Assembly: GCF_004010195.1 (NCBI RefSeq)
Contig: NW_025214543.1
Span: 1-32,296, forward strand
Length of the DNA stretch: 32,296 nt
Origin: Chiloscyllium plagiosum
Lineage: Eukaryota
Direction of reading: 5' to 3'
In this document: piece by piece, positions 1 to 10,039 of the stretch
Layout: every line of letters begins with the position of its first letter
Position numbering within the stretch: the first letter of the stretch is position 1
The notes under the pieces: generated by a model
Database searches by the model: none
Seen by the model: only the letters and a program-made list of their open reading frames with translations
What the model was told of the DNA's origin: nothing
Program-made: the position numbers and the translations under genes

Positions 1-368
1 TACTTATAGAATCGTGAATATCCTGGATAGAGTGGATGCTGGGAAGGTGTTTCAATTTTTAGTAGAGATCAGAACGCAAAGGCACAGCCTTGGAGAAAAG
101 GGAAGACATTTGAGAGCACTAAGAGACACTTATTCAGCCACAGAGTGGTGAATATATGGGATTCATTGCCAGATAAGGCTGTGGAAGCTGGGTCTTTGAT
201 TTCATATAAGACTGAGATATGTAGCAGCGTGGCTTTCAAGGGGATTAAGGTTTATGGGACGAAAGCATGAGAACTGGGTTGAGAAATATATCTACCATGA
301 TTTAATGGCAGAGCATACTCACTGCGCTGAATGGTTTAATTTCTGCTCTATTGTCTTATGGACTTATG
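1..368 (+). mobile_element. CR1-clade LINE 3' end fragment, decayed
   Basis: Decayed ORF2 C-terminal coding pattern (TYRIVNILDRVDAGKVF) followed by a CR1-like 3' UTR ending in cttatggacttatg. Confidence 0.75.
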
Positions 369-699
369 CATCGAATGACCTCCATCTGCAAGTTCCCCTT
401 CAAGGAACGTGCCAGCCTGACTTGGAGCATTGTCAGCGAAGATCTGATTGAGTGTTGATCCAGACTTCATGGGCCAAATGGTCTATTTCTGCCCTCCATC
501 TTCTATTTTATCATTCTTCTGAATAAAAAATGATTACTGAAATGACCAGACTTGTGGCCGGTCCTCTGACTCTTCTCTGAACAGGCAGTTGCTAAAGTTC
601 CAGCATCATTTCCTTGCTCTTTTTTTCCCACCTGCGGTCAAGAACAGAAAGTATCTCTTACCCCATGAGACCACTTGATCCCTTGTCCAATCACCTTCA

Positions 700-985
700 A
701 AAATTCATGAATGCCTCCTCCAATTTCTCTTTTATTACTGTAAACCACTCAATGTTCACACGTTTATCATTGTTCCTCCCCAAATTTATTATCACCCACT
801 TCACTGGATTTAATTCCTTTCAGCACATTTTCTTGCCAATTGTTTCCAATCTCCCTGCAGTCTATGGCTGTCTTCCTCATGGTTAACTATATGACTAATT
901 GTTGCGAGATTTGCAAACTGCTAAATGATGGCCACGACAAATAAGTATGAATTATTCACCTTATATAAGAAAACAATGGAACTCA
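700..985 (-). mobile_element. Highly decayed CR1 RT fragment
   Basis: Reverse strand shows remnants of the KFADDTK / WQMEFN region; resembles other minus-strand CR1 copies in the window. Confidence 0.5.
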
Positions 986-989
986 TAGA

Positions 990-1790
990 AGCCATGGTTC
1001 ATAAGCTTGCAGAGGACAGCAGAATTGGAGACTGTAATGAAGGTGATCTAAGATTCCAGAAGAATCTTAATCCAATGCGTCTTTGGGCTGAAAAATGTCA
1101 CATGGAGTTCAATCTGTATTGCATTTTGCTACATCAAATAAGAGTAGGGCTTATACAATTAGTGATTGGGCGTTGCATCGTGTTGTGGAACACGGAGGCC
1201 AGGAATGCAAGTTCATAATTCTTTTTAGTTTGCTTCATATATTGACAGAATGGTTAAAAAATCGTCATTTTGCCTTCGTTGCTCAGTCCTTTTAGCGTAG
1301 GAGTTGGTATGTTATGTTGAAGCTGAATAGGACATTGTGTGAGGCCTCTTCTGGAAGACTGTGTCCAGTTTTTGTCGCCCAGTAATAGCAACGAAATTAT
1401 TCAGCTGGAATAGGTTTAGAACAGGTTTACCCGCGTATGGCGAGTGGGGAAGGTTTGAGTTATAACGAAAGGCTGGACAGGCTGAGAATATTTTCACTTG
1501 AGCACTGGAGGTTGAAAGGCCACCTGATAGAAATTTATAAACTATTGAGAGTCCGGCTAGAGTTAACTGTAACTGTCTTTTCCCCCCAAGGAGGAGCACT
1601 TCAAGACGAGAGGGAAAAGAGGGATGTTTAAAGTGAAAAGAGGGATTTAAAATAAGACACGAGAGGCTTTTTTTTAACAGAGGATGGTTTATGTGTGCAA
1701 TTCACTTCCTGAGGCAGTGATGAATGAAAGTACATTTACAATATTTACAGGATATTTGGATTGATAAATGAATTAGAAAGTTTCAGTGGG
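990..1790 (+). mobile_element. CR1 LINE RT and 3' fragment
   Basis: ORF 925-1218 reads KLAEDSRIG...LRFQKNL...WAEKCHMEFN (consensus KFADDTKIG...WAEKWQMEFN); ORF 1437-1631 reads LSYNERLDRLRIFSLEHWRLKGHLIEIYK. Confidence 0.85.
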
Positions 1791-1854
1791 ATTAACAAAT
1801 GCTATTCATTCATGCCTAATCCATTTTGTATTGCCTAGAGGGATGTTCAGAATC

Positions 1855-2095
1855 AACCACGATATTATGGATCTGGAGTCACATGCCAGCCAGACCAGAT
1901 AAGTATGGCAGTTTCCTTCCCTTTCAGGTATTGGTGAATCAAAATTGGGGACAACATCATCATTAGACTCTGCAACTCCAGGTATTTATTGAAATAAAAT
2001 TCCAGCATCTGCCATGGCAGGATTTGAACCCGTGTCCACAGAATTATATCTGGACATTCATATTAACAATGCAGTAATAATATCACAAGGGCATT
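1855..2095 (-). mobile_element. tRNA-derived shark SINE (non-HE1 family), decayed
   Basis: Reverse complement of the copy at 20905-21128 (tctggagtcacatg..gccagacc..ttccttcc); B-box ggttcaaatcc on the minus strand near 2020-2030. Confidence 0.65.
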
Positions 2096-2214
2096 ATTAA
2101 CCCTCAGCAGTTACAGGAGCCGTCAGATGCGTCTCGTTCAGTTTGGCATTATGTTCAGTATGAGCTGGTAGGACTGAAAGGCCTGTTTTCATGCTGTGTC
2201 AGTCTATGACTTTG

Positions 2215-2542
2215 ACGCTATGAAACTGGCAGCTGGTTTGGATTAACAGCAGCGTTGAGAGTTTAATTGATCTCCTTCTGAGATATGTAATCTTGCTGGT
2301 TACTCTGTAGGTTCTTCTGCTCATTGAGCCCGTCCCACACACGGGATTGATGAATAGTCTGTCCCCAGTTTGACTGAGTAGACGAATTTCCACTTCAGCA
2401 GGTAATTGAATCCCGCATTGCGCTGGTTTCTCTGTGATATCGGTGTCCTTGTATCGACCCAAAGTGAACGATATGGGTTCAAATCATGTCCACGCAGACG
2501 CAAGTCCCGATGTCTATGTTGTGAATGTGTCTTTACTCTTCC
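2215..2542 (-). pseudogene. Decayed C2H2 (Kruppel-type) zinc-finger exon, about 3 finger remnants
   Basis: Minus-strand translation LGRYKDTDITEKPAQCG..EVEIRLLSQTGDRLFINPVCGTG parallels the shark ZNF pattern [40 protein letters not shown]; upstream TCVCV and downstream NLQSNQQDY remnants; Cys/His ligands are lost and there are frameshifts. Confidence 0.6.
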
Positions 2543-2599
2543 TGATATACCCACAGGGTGTGGATGTCGCTGGTCCGGACAGCATTTGTTGTTCATCCT

Positions 2600-2840
2600 G
2601 ATTCGCTGCTGTCTCGCTGCACGAGAGACATGGATTCGATCCCAAACTCGTGTGACTGTGTGCAGTTTGCACATTCTCTCTTTGCTTGTTTTCTCCCACA
2701 GTCTGAAGGTGTGCAGGTTACTGGGATCAGCCATGGGAAATGAAGGGGAACGGAATAGGCATGGAGTGTGCGTCTGATAGGAAGTGCTTCGGAGGGATGG
2801 TGTCGACTGGAAGGGCCGAATGGCCTGCTTTCCCACACGG
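2600..2840 (+). mobile_element. HE1-type V-SINE, decayed
   Basis: Aligns by eye to the intact copy at 15119 (gactgtgtgcagtttgcacattctc, ctcccacagtc, gggccgaatggcctg tail). Confidence 0.75.
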
Positions 2841-2859
2841 TCGTCGTTCTCGGATTAAG

Positions 2860-3065
2860 GGTCAGCTATGTTGTTCAGGTCCTGGAGTCACAAGTAGGCA
2901 GGATTGGGTAAAGATGGTAGCATCCCTTGAATAAGGGCCATGCATAAATGGGATTGCAGGAAATTAAAGGCATGTTCTCTGAGCCTGAGGTCAGGCTTCC
3001 ATTCCAGGTTTTATTCGTCGAACTTTAACATTACCAGTTCCGTGTGTGAGTCCCCAAGGATGACT
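2860..3065 (-). mobile_element. Second decayed copy of the non-HE1 SINE
   Basis: ctggagtcacaagtaggcagg...aagatggtagcatccc...ttccaggttttatt matches 1870-1995. Confidence 0.45.
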
Positions 3066-3300
3066 AGTTTATTATAAAACCACAACACCTTCTCCAGGTT
3101 GCAGTATTTATTGGGGACAAGAAGCTGATTCTGAGCTGATACGAGCAAAAGCAGATGCTACTGCCAATGTCAAAAACACTGATCCAAATGGGAAAATGAA
3201 ATTTCGAACCTTGCCACCCCAAAGTTAAAGTCTCCACACGCTTTCGTGTGTCAATCGGCTGTCTCAGCAACATGTACTGTTTGTGGCTATAATATTATAA

Positions 3301-3410
3301 ATGGGGGAAAGTATTCCCTTCCGCCCCGCTTTTAACCAGGAGCTGTCCCAAACTCGGAAATGCATGCGCCTCTCTCTCGTCATTCAATCCCAATTTCCGA
3401 TTGGATCTTC
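3301..3410. promoter_or_regulatory. Promoter-like motif cluster (GC box, ETS, NRF1-like, CCAAT)
   Basis: ccgcccc 3321-3327, cggaaa 3355-3360, tgcatgcgc 3361-3369, ccaat 3390-3394 and attgg 3400-3404, in apparently non-repeat, locally CpG-retaining sequence. Confidence 0.35.
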
Positions 3411-3639
3411 GTGGCTGCTTCACACAGTTTCTCTGATTCTGGGTCTGGAACTGGGACATGCAGCAGTTAGTACTGTCTTGTGTGGGCAATAGTGATGAAG
3501 TAGCCGATGTTCAACTATAATGCTATTGAAGCATACGTTTCAACAATATTCTGCCCTCTCCCAAGAGTTTGGAGAGTTTCATTAATCCCATTCTCCAGTA
3601 TTCTCATTCATGGAATCCCCACAGTCTCTGCGGATACTA

Positions 3640-4150
3640 AAGTTAACGATTCGGTTCATTCTAGGAACCACACAACGGGAAGGATCTGATTGTTGTGGAG
3701 GGGGGCTCAGAGGAGATTCACCAGGATGTTCCCAGGGATAGAGCAAATCAGCTATGGAGAGAGGCTGGATCAGCACGGGTTGTTTAGTTTGGAGGAGAAA
3801 AGGCTGAGTGGGCCGTGATTCGGAAGGATAGTATTCCGAGGGACATGGATAGACAGCAGCTGTTCGTTTCAGTCAAAGGACCAAGAACAATGGAGCACAT
3901 TTTAAAGTGATGTGCTTGAGATTTGGAGAGGAATTGAGGATTGTTTTTCACCCAGAGGGTGTTGGGGTCAGGAATGCCCTTCCTGAGAGAGGAGTTGTAA
4001 TGGTAACTTCACAACCATAAGAAAATACACGGCTGTGCAGTTGAACTGCCATAAGATTTACGGCTACGGGTCTTGTGTCGGAAAGTGGGGCTAATGTAGA
4101 CCGTGCTGTATTTCTGATGGTACAAAGTCTATGCTTCTGTGTTTGCATGT
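3640..4150 (+). mobile_element. CR1 LINE 3' fragment
   Basis: cagaggagattcaccaggatgttcccaggg (QRRFTRMFPG), SYGERL, ttttttcacccagaggg and a CR1-like tail. Confidence 0.75.
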
Positions 4151-4239
4151 CTGTGGAAGGTCAATTATTGAGTAGCTTAAGATAGGAATTGATGGGCTTC
4201 GGAAGAGTATATTAACAAGGATTTTAAGATTGAACTTGT

Positions 4240-5030
4240 AATATCTTCTGAAAATATGTCAATGGCAAAATTAAGGGAAAAAAACGTGCAGCTTTCTAAC
4301 AGTCTGACACCAAGAATTGAGGACAGGGAAAAGGCAGAACTATGGAGCAAATGCTTCCGTTATGTCTTCACAGAAGAAAAAAAACAAAAAGGAAAACTTC
4401 CCAACAATATTAGCAAACATTAGTCTGTTGAAAAAAAAGAGAATAGAATGAAATTAGCCACCAAACAGTTTTAGAGGAAGTATTGGAACTGAAAGTAATG
4501 AGCACAGACAAAGTCAAAAGATATTTATCAAATGGGAATCATATTTGAGAAAGTGACTTTTAGCATAATTATGGAGAAGCAATCAATACAATACGATTCG
4601 ATTTTCAGGAAGATTTTTGATAAAGTCCCAAGCCTATTATGCAAATTAAAATCATATGGGCCTGGGACTAATATGGTTTTAGAATGGGAGAGCTGGCAGG
4701 AAGCAGTGAGTAGGAATAAACAAGTTTTGTTTCGAGTGGAACCCTGGGCGGATACAGCAGGACTGGGGCTTGGGCCCCAGCTATTCCAAATACACATCAT
4801 ATATTTGGTTGAGGAAATCAAATACAATATTTCCTAGTCTGTTGATGGCACTAAACAATATCGGATTGTGAGTGGGTGAGCAGGATGTCAAAAAAACTGC
4901 AAGGTGATTGAGACAAGTGGAGTGTCTGGACAAATACGTGGCAGATGAAGAGCAATGGGGGGAGCGGGGCATATGCGATGTTGTGACTTTTGATGGGAAT
5001 AACAGAACGGGAGCCTATCATTTGAAAAGG
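4240..5030 (+). mobile_element. Decayed CR1 RT fragment with internal deletions
   Basis: FRYVFTEE (FASVFT), FDKVP, LGPQLFQIHI, and remnants of the FADDTKL and WQM motifs. Confidence 0.7.
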
Positions 5031-6229
5031 GATTTTTTGAAAGGAACTTAAGCTGCATTTTTGTTTCCTTCTGTGCAGCCCTCCGAGGTCAGTGCAGGGC
5101 AGTGAGATCTGAAACCAGAAGTCAATACTGGGAATGGAATGGACTCATTATGGATTTTAATTGCATGCGATTTAAAAAAAAAACACACTCTGTTCCTTCA
5201 CCTAATGTTTTACACACTGGGGCACTGCCATTATCCTGAAACTGGGAATTATTTGGAATATTATGTGGAACATTCCATAATCAGCATTCTCCGGAGCATT
5301 CTACAATCTGGGGGGACATTACAAAGGCAAGAGATATGGGGTGGGGGGGGGGGGGGGGGGCTTCATGCAGGAGTGAGAGTGGTGGAGCATAAACCCTTGT
5401 TCGGGTGTCGGTGCTGGAACCGACATACATTGAGTGTGAGGGACCAGAGAGCATATGATGAACCTTATCCTCGCAGAGTGGGAAATGCTATCGATGCTTG
5501 TTCTGTATTGCTAGACATTACTACAGATCGCAGATACTGCACTGAGTTGGGTGGTGAGCTCAGACCTTGCTCGGTGGGTCTGGTGGTGTGGCCCCCTTGG
5601 GAAGAGATATACTAATCCATCCACCAGGACATCTGTGACCCTGTTGACAAACCGTGGTGTGATTGAACCTTATCTACTATGCTCTGGGTAAACTGTACAT
5701 GGCAGCTCCAAACTGCCATTGTCCTTTTAAAGATGCCACCAGTGCCAGGGATAATGGAATATCCAGGGCCATCCAGGTGATGGTGGGTACCTCCAGCCAT
5801 GATGGGTGGGGAAATCGGGCTAGCATTGAATGAGAGGGACACCATGGGGTAGGGTGGGTAGTTAATGAGGTGAGTTTGATAAGATAGCACCAGGAAACTA
5901 GTTCGGCCTCGTGCAGACAATCCCCCTTGTCACACTCAATGAAAATCATTCAAAGATAAATTATTGTTAGATTCAGTCGGATGAGTTGAAGACTCTACTG
6001 ACCCCATTCACAGTTACAGAGCTGCAGGACAAATCCTCATCCACAACTCTCCATCATCTGTTCTCACACCTATATTCTGTTCACCATCATTCCTGGTAAT
6101 ACTGGCTTATTTTGCCGGATACTATCGAAATGTCTATATCACAGCATTATGAAACCTGTGAACACATCCTTCCATGACATTGTTGCTCAATCTCACCCTC
6201 TCTGTCTATACCCAAAACCACTTTCATTT

Positions 6230-6358
6230 TCAGTCATGCACAGAGACAGGCCCTTCAGCCAAAACTGATCCATACCAATCAAAATGTCTGTCCACAATTA
6301 CCCCATTTCCCTGCATTTGGCCCATATTCTTCTCTGCCTTTCCTATTCATATATTGTT
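6230..6358 (-). mobile_element. CR1 3' tail
   Basis: acaggcccttcagcc...ccccatttccctgcatttggcccata is the reverse complement of the tail at 14030-14140. Confidence 0.65.
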
Positions 6359-6554
6359 CGAACAAAGTGCAGCGAGGTTTTGTGACATCAAGAAAGGCCT
6401 CAGGAAAGATCTCGCTGAATCTACCATTCATCTCACCCCAGCAATAAGATTTGAACCATGAGCTGTGAATACAGTCTTAAAGATGGCATTCGTCTGTTGC
6501 TGACACTCACAGCTGCAAACCTGCAGAAACAAATCTGAGTCAATACTCCACAGC

Positions 6555-6665
6555 TCATATCCGATATCACACAGAACTCCCCATCCATCCATCATTCCTG
6601 TGCGTACTGATCTATAATGCTATTGGGTCCGCAATGCCTTTACTTTAATATTCTCAAACAGCTGC
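6555..6665 (+). mobile_element. L2-clade LINE fragment, decayed
   Basis: catcattcctgtgcgtactgatcta...ggtccgcaatgcctttactttaatattctc resembles the L2 ORF2 motif ITPVLADLHWLPV-QRL-FKIL. Confidence 0.45.
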
Positions 6666-6674
6666 CCATGAACT

Positions 6675-6830
6675 GTTTCTTCATTTCCCCTTCCCCCACC
6701 TCACCCCAGTTCCAAACTTCCAGTTCAGCACTGTCCCCATGACCTGTACTACCTGCCTATCTTCTTTTCCACCTAACCACTCCGCCCTGCCTCCTCCCCC
6801 CCCCCCACCGACCACGTATACCTTCCTTCA
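6675..6830 (+). mobile_element. Penelope-like element fragment (C-rich region after GIY-YIG)
   Basis: tttcttcatttccccttcccccacc...ttcagcactg..tgacctg...atcttc matches 28556-28655. Confidence 0.7.
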
Positions 6831-6839
6831 GATCATGGA

Positions 6840-7145
6840 AGTACATCACAACAAACAGTGGTACCAGCACGGATCCCTGTGAAACATCACACAGAACAGT
6901 TGTCCATTTTGAGAAACTCCATTTCATTACTACTCTCTGTCTCCTGTTGCCCAGCCAGTTCTCTAATCCATCTAGCTAGTACACCCTGGATGCCTTGCGA
7001 CTTCACCTTCTCCATCAGTCTATCTCACCAAACGCCTTACTGAAGCCCATGTATATGATATCTACAGTCCTTTCTCCACTGTCAACTTTATCATTCCTCA
7101 AGAATTCTATTACGTTTGCTAAGATGTGACCTTCCCTGCACAAAT
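6840..7145 (-). mobile_element. CR1 RT fragment
   Basis: Minus strand encodes FVQGRSHL, VDIIYMGFSKAF and SQGSVLVPLFV. Confidence 0.8.
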
Positions 7146-7354
7146 TATGGAAGGTCTTGAGTGGAGTCCGACTTGTTTTACCCAGGAGTCATCCTGGTTT
7201 TATTTCCAAAGCAGGACTTTATAAAATGCCACACTGATTGGCTGCGTACAAATTGCATGTTGTTTTGAACAAAATACAATCGATCCCCAAATATAAATCT
7301 GCAAATGCCAAGTAGCCCCCAGATTTATATGTGTGTCTGTGCGAGAGATGCGGA

Positions 7355-7364
7355 GTGTGTGTGT

Positions 7365-7395
<31 letters not shown>

Positions 7396-7490
7396 GGGGG
7401 GGGGGGTGGCGTGCGAGTGAGAGAGGATGTGTCTGTTTGTGTCCGTGTGTGTGAGAAAGAGGGTGTGTGTGTGTATGTTTGAGAGTGAGA
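7355..7490. repeat. (GT)n microsatellite, poly-G run and GT/GA low-complexity tract
   Basis: Direct inspection. Confidence 0.9.
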
Positions 7491-7924
7491 GCCTGTGCTC
7501 ACGTTAAGACACAGACAGTTTTGGCAGATCCCTTTCCCCACACACACCCAGTTCGAGGTTTCAGAGTTTCCATGCTCTGTAGCCTCTGCTCCATTTGTTG
7601 TTCATGTTACAGACCTTGATGCTGTAACTACAGCCCCCATGTTCCATCCAGAGTTGGGTCACCAAATCTTCTGGTCTCCCTGAATGTCCGAGGCAGCTCA
7701 CAGAACAACCTCCAGCAAACCATCCCCAGCCCCTCCACTAACTTTTCAATAACAGGAGACAATCAGACTTCCCTCCGCTAAAAGTGAGATATCTACTCCT
7801 TTATAATTATAATTCAGGGTCCTCCTCGTGTTTCTGACCACGTGATTATCTGAGAGGGGCAAACACAGGCTTTCAGTGGACACGCACAGACCAAGTTTTA
7901 AAGACATGAGTCAAATATGCTGAA

Positions 7925-8232
7925 ACTCCCTGTCCAACATGGAGCACAATTTGGGACACACCGGAAAGTGAGCAACAGCCCGAATCACAACCCCCTGTCC
8001 ATGGAGCACCACATGGGACACACCTGCAAGTGAACAACACACATCGCTGTCCAACATGGAGCACGACGAGGGACACACCGAGAAGTGAACAGCTGCCCTG
8101 CACACACACACACCTCTTCATGAAGCACCTCAAGGGACACACCAGGAAGTGAACAACAGCACAGCACACACTCCCCGTCCATGGAGTAACACATGGGACA
8201 CAACGGGAAGTGAACAATAGCCTGACACACAC
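7925..8232. repeat. Tandem array of 5 units, 55-64 bp each
   Basis: GGGACAC recurs at 7953, 8015, 8070, 8134 and 8195 within CATGGAGCAC-N5-GGGACACACC-N3-AAGTGAACA. Confidence 0.9.
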
Positions 8233-8556
8233 TATTACATTATCTCTGAACTTCATAATGCCAGTATTCGATACAAAATACAACGAAAAACCAAGGCCAG
8301 GGAAAGATACAGATGGACAGAGACATTCACGTTAAAGATAGAAATTGACGATTTATACAGAAACAGAGCATGTTGTTGAAATATGAGAAAAAAAAACAAG
8401 GGAGTGGGTCGATCTGGAGCACAAGAATGAGAACATTGAATAAAGGCATTGCCAGAGCAGCTGACCAAATCTGTTCCACTAAATTCTGAATTTGCCTCAC
8501 AGAACAAACGCAGAAGCTATAAACTGGGACAAGAAGACAACCCAGCGTGGACATCA

Positions 8557-9328
8557 GTGCAGCTTATGCCAGTGTATTGCTCAGTAAACCGGACTATCTG
8601 CCCATCATGGAGAGCTGTGTAGATTACCTCAGTGTTTTGCTCAGTTCGCTGGACTATCGGGCCAGCATGGAGAGTTGTGCAGACTATGTCAGTGTATGGC
8701 TCAGTAAACCAGACTATCTGCCCAGCATGGGGAGCTGTGCAGACTATGCTGGTGTATTGCTCAGTAAACTGGACTATCTGACCAGCATGGGGGGCTGTGT
8801 AGACTATGCTAGTGTATTGCTCAGTAAACTGGACTGTCTGACCAGCATGGGGAGCTTTGGAGACTATCCCAGTGTTTTGCTCAGTTCGCTGGACTATCTG
8901 GCCAGCATGAAGAGCTGTGTAGACTATGCCAGTGTATTGTTCAATAAACTGGCTATCTGCCCAGTACCGGGAGCTGTGCAGTCTATGCCAGTGTATTGCT
9001 CAGTAAACTGGACTACCTGCCTAGCATGGGGAGCTGTGCAGACTGTGCCAGTGCATTGCTCAATAAACTGGACTATCTGCCCAGCATAGGGAGCTTGCAG
9101 ACTATCCCAGTGCATTTCTCAGTAAACTGGACTATCTGGCCAGCATGGGGAGCTGTGCAGACTATGCTATTGTATTGCTCAATAAGGTGGACGATCTGCC
9201 CAGCATGAGGATTTGTGCAGATTATGCTTGTGTATTGCTCGGTAAGGTGGAATATCTGGCCAGCATGGGGAGCTGTGCAGACTATGCTAGTGTATTGTTC
9301 AGTAAGCTGGACCAGCTGCCCAGCATGG
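8557..9328. repeat. 60-bp minisatellite, about 13 units
   Basis: Consensus gtgcagactatgccagtgtattgctcagtaaactggactatctgcccagcatggggagct; units line up column-wise in the 60-base rows; 1-bp deletions near 8953 and 9096. Confidence 0.97.
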
Positions 9329-9435
9329 CAGTATTGCAAAACTTTGCTGGTACATTTGCACTACCTAAATGACTAACACGGGACAATTTGCCGCCCGTTC
9401 TGCGAGTGACAGTAAATGGGCTCCCATAAATTAAT

Positions 9436-9642
9436 TGCTGGAATAGCGCAGCAGGTCAGGCAGCATCCAGGGAACAGGAGAATCGACGTTTTGGGCAGAA
9501 GCCCTTCTTCAGGAAGGGCTGAAGAACAGCTTATGCCCGAAACGTCGATTCTCCTGTTCCCTGGATGGTGCCTGACCTGCTGCGCTGTTCCAGCAACACA
9601 TTTTCAGCTCTGATCTCCAGCATCTGCAGACCTCACTTTCTC
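9436..9642. mobile_element. Short Penelope-like pLTR insertion in inverted (head-to-head) arrangement with 15-bp TSD
   Basis: Arms ~9436-9512 and ~9519-9596 are reverse complements; ctcccataaattaat is duplicated at 9421-9435 and 9643-9657; hammerhead cores lie at the inversion centre. Confidence 0.85.
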
Positions 9643-9827
9643 CTCCCATAAATTAATGTCTCTGTATCTTCATGCATCAGTTCAAAGCAAGGGGATTTAT
9701 GAGTGCATGTGTGTGTGGGTCTGGGGCAGTGATAGATGTGAAAGTCATTGTCTATGAGAGAGCACACATGGAGGAAATCAGTTTAAATGTGAACAACTGT
9801 TAGGGCTTAGTATAATGGGCAGAGATA

Positions 9828-10035
9828 GTTCTGGATTAGTGGTGCTGGAAGAGCATAGCAGTTCAGGCAGCATCCGAGGAGCAGTAAAATCGATGTTTTG
9901 GGCAAAAGCCCTTCATCAGGAATACAGGTAAAGAGCCTGAAGGGTGGAGAGATAAGTGAGAGGAGGGTGAGGGTGAGGGTGGGGGTGGGGAGAAAGTAGC
10001 ATAGTGTACAATAGGTGAGTGGGGGAGGGGATGAA
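9828..10035 (-). mobile_element. Penelope-like pLTR fragment
   Basis: Related to the 9436 family; minus strand has ctgatgaagggcttttgcccaaaacatc (9892-9919) preceded by a C-rich PLE segment. Confidence 0.8.
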
Positions 10036-10039
10036 CGTG

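Noticed and set aside
3098..3228. Plus-strand terminal exon (CSIYWGQEADSELIRAKADATANVKNTDPNGKMKFRTLPPQS*)
   Set aside because: It has an acceptor-like site and an open frame but no recognisable homology and no partner exons; indistinguishable from chance.
5343..7406. G-quadruplex elements at the poly-G/poly-C runs (5343-5360, ~6796-6807, 7379-7406)
   Set aside because: These are simple homopolymers whose length is unreliable in assemblies, and nothing points to a function.
7925..9328. CRISPR-like arrays
   Set aside because: The context is vertebrate, there are no cas genes, and there are no unique 25-45-nt spacers; the variable windows are only 3-5 nt.
8557..9328. miR-199 similarity (ccagtgt, tgtgcagacta) in the 60-bp unit
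   Set aside because: The matches are only 7-11 nt, are not arranged as the miR-199 hairpin, and the seed-like 7-mer survives in only a minority of units.
8547..9372. Repeat protein (CADYASVLLSKLDYLPSMGS)n
   Set aside because: There is no convincing start or splice context, two 1-bp deletions shift the frame, and both strands are open simply because the 60-bp unit lacks stops.
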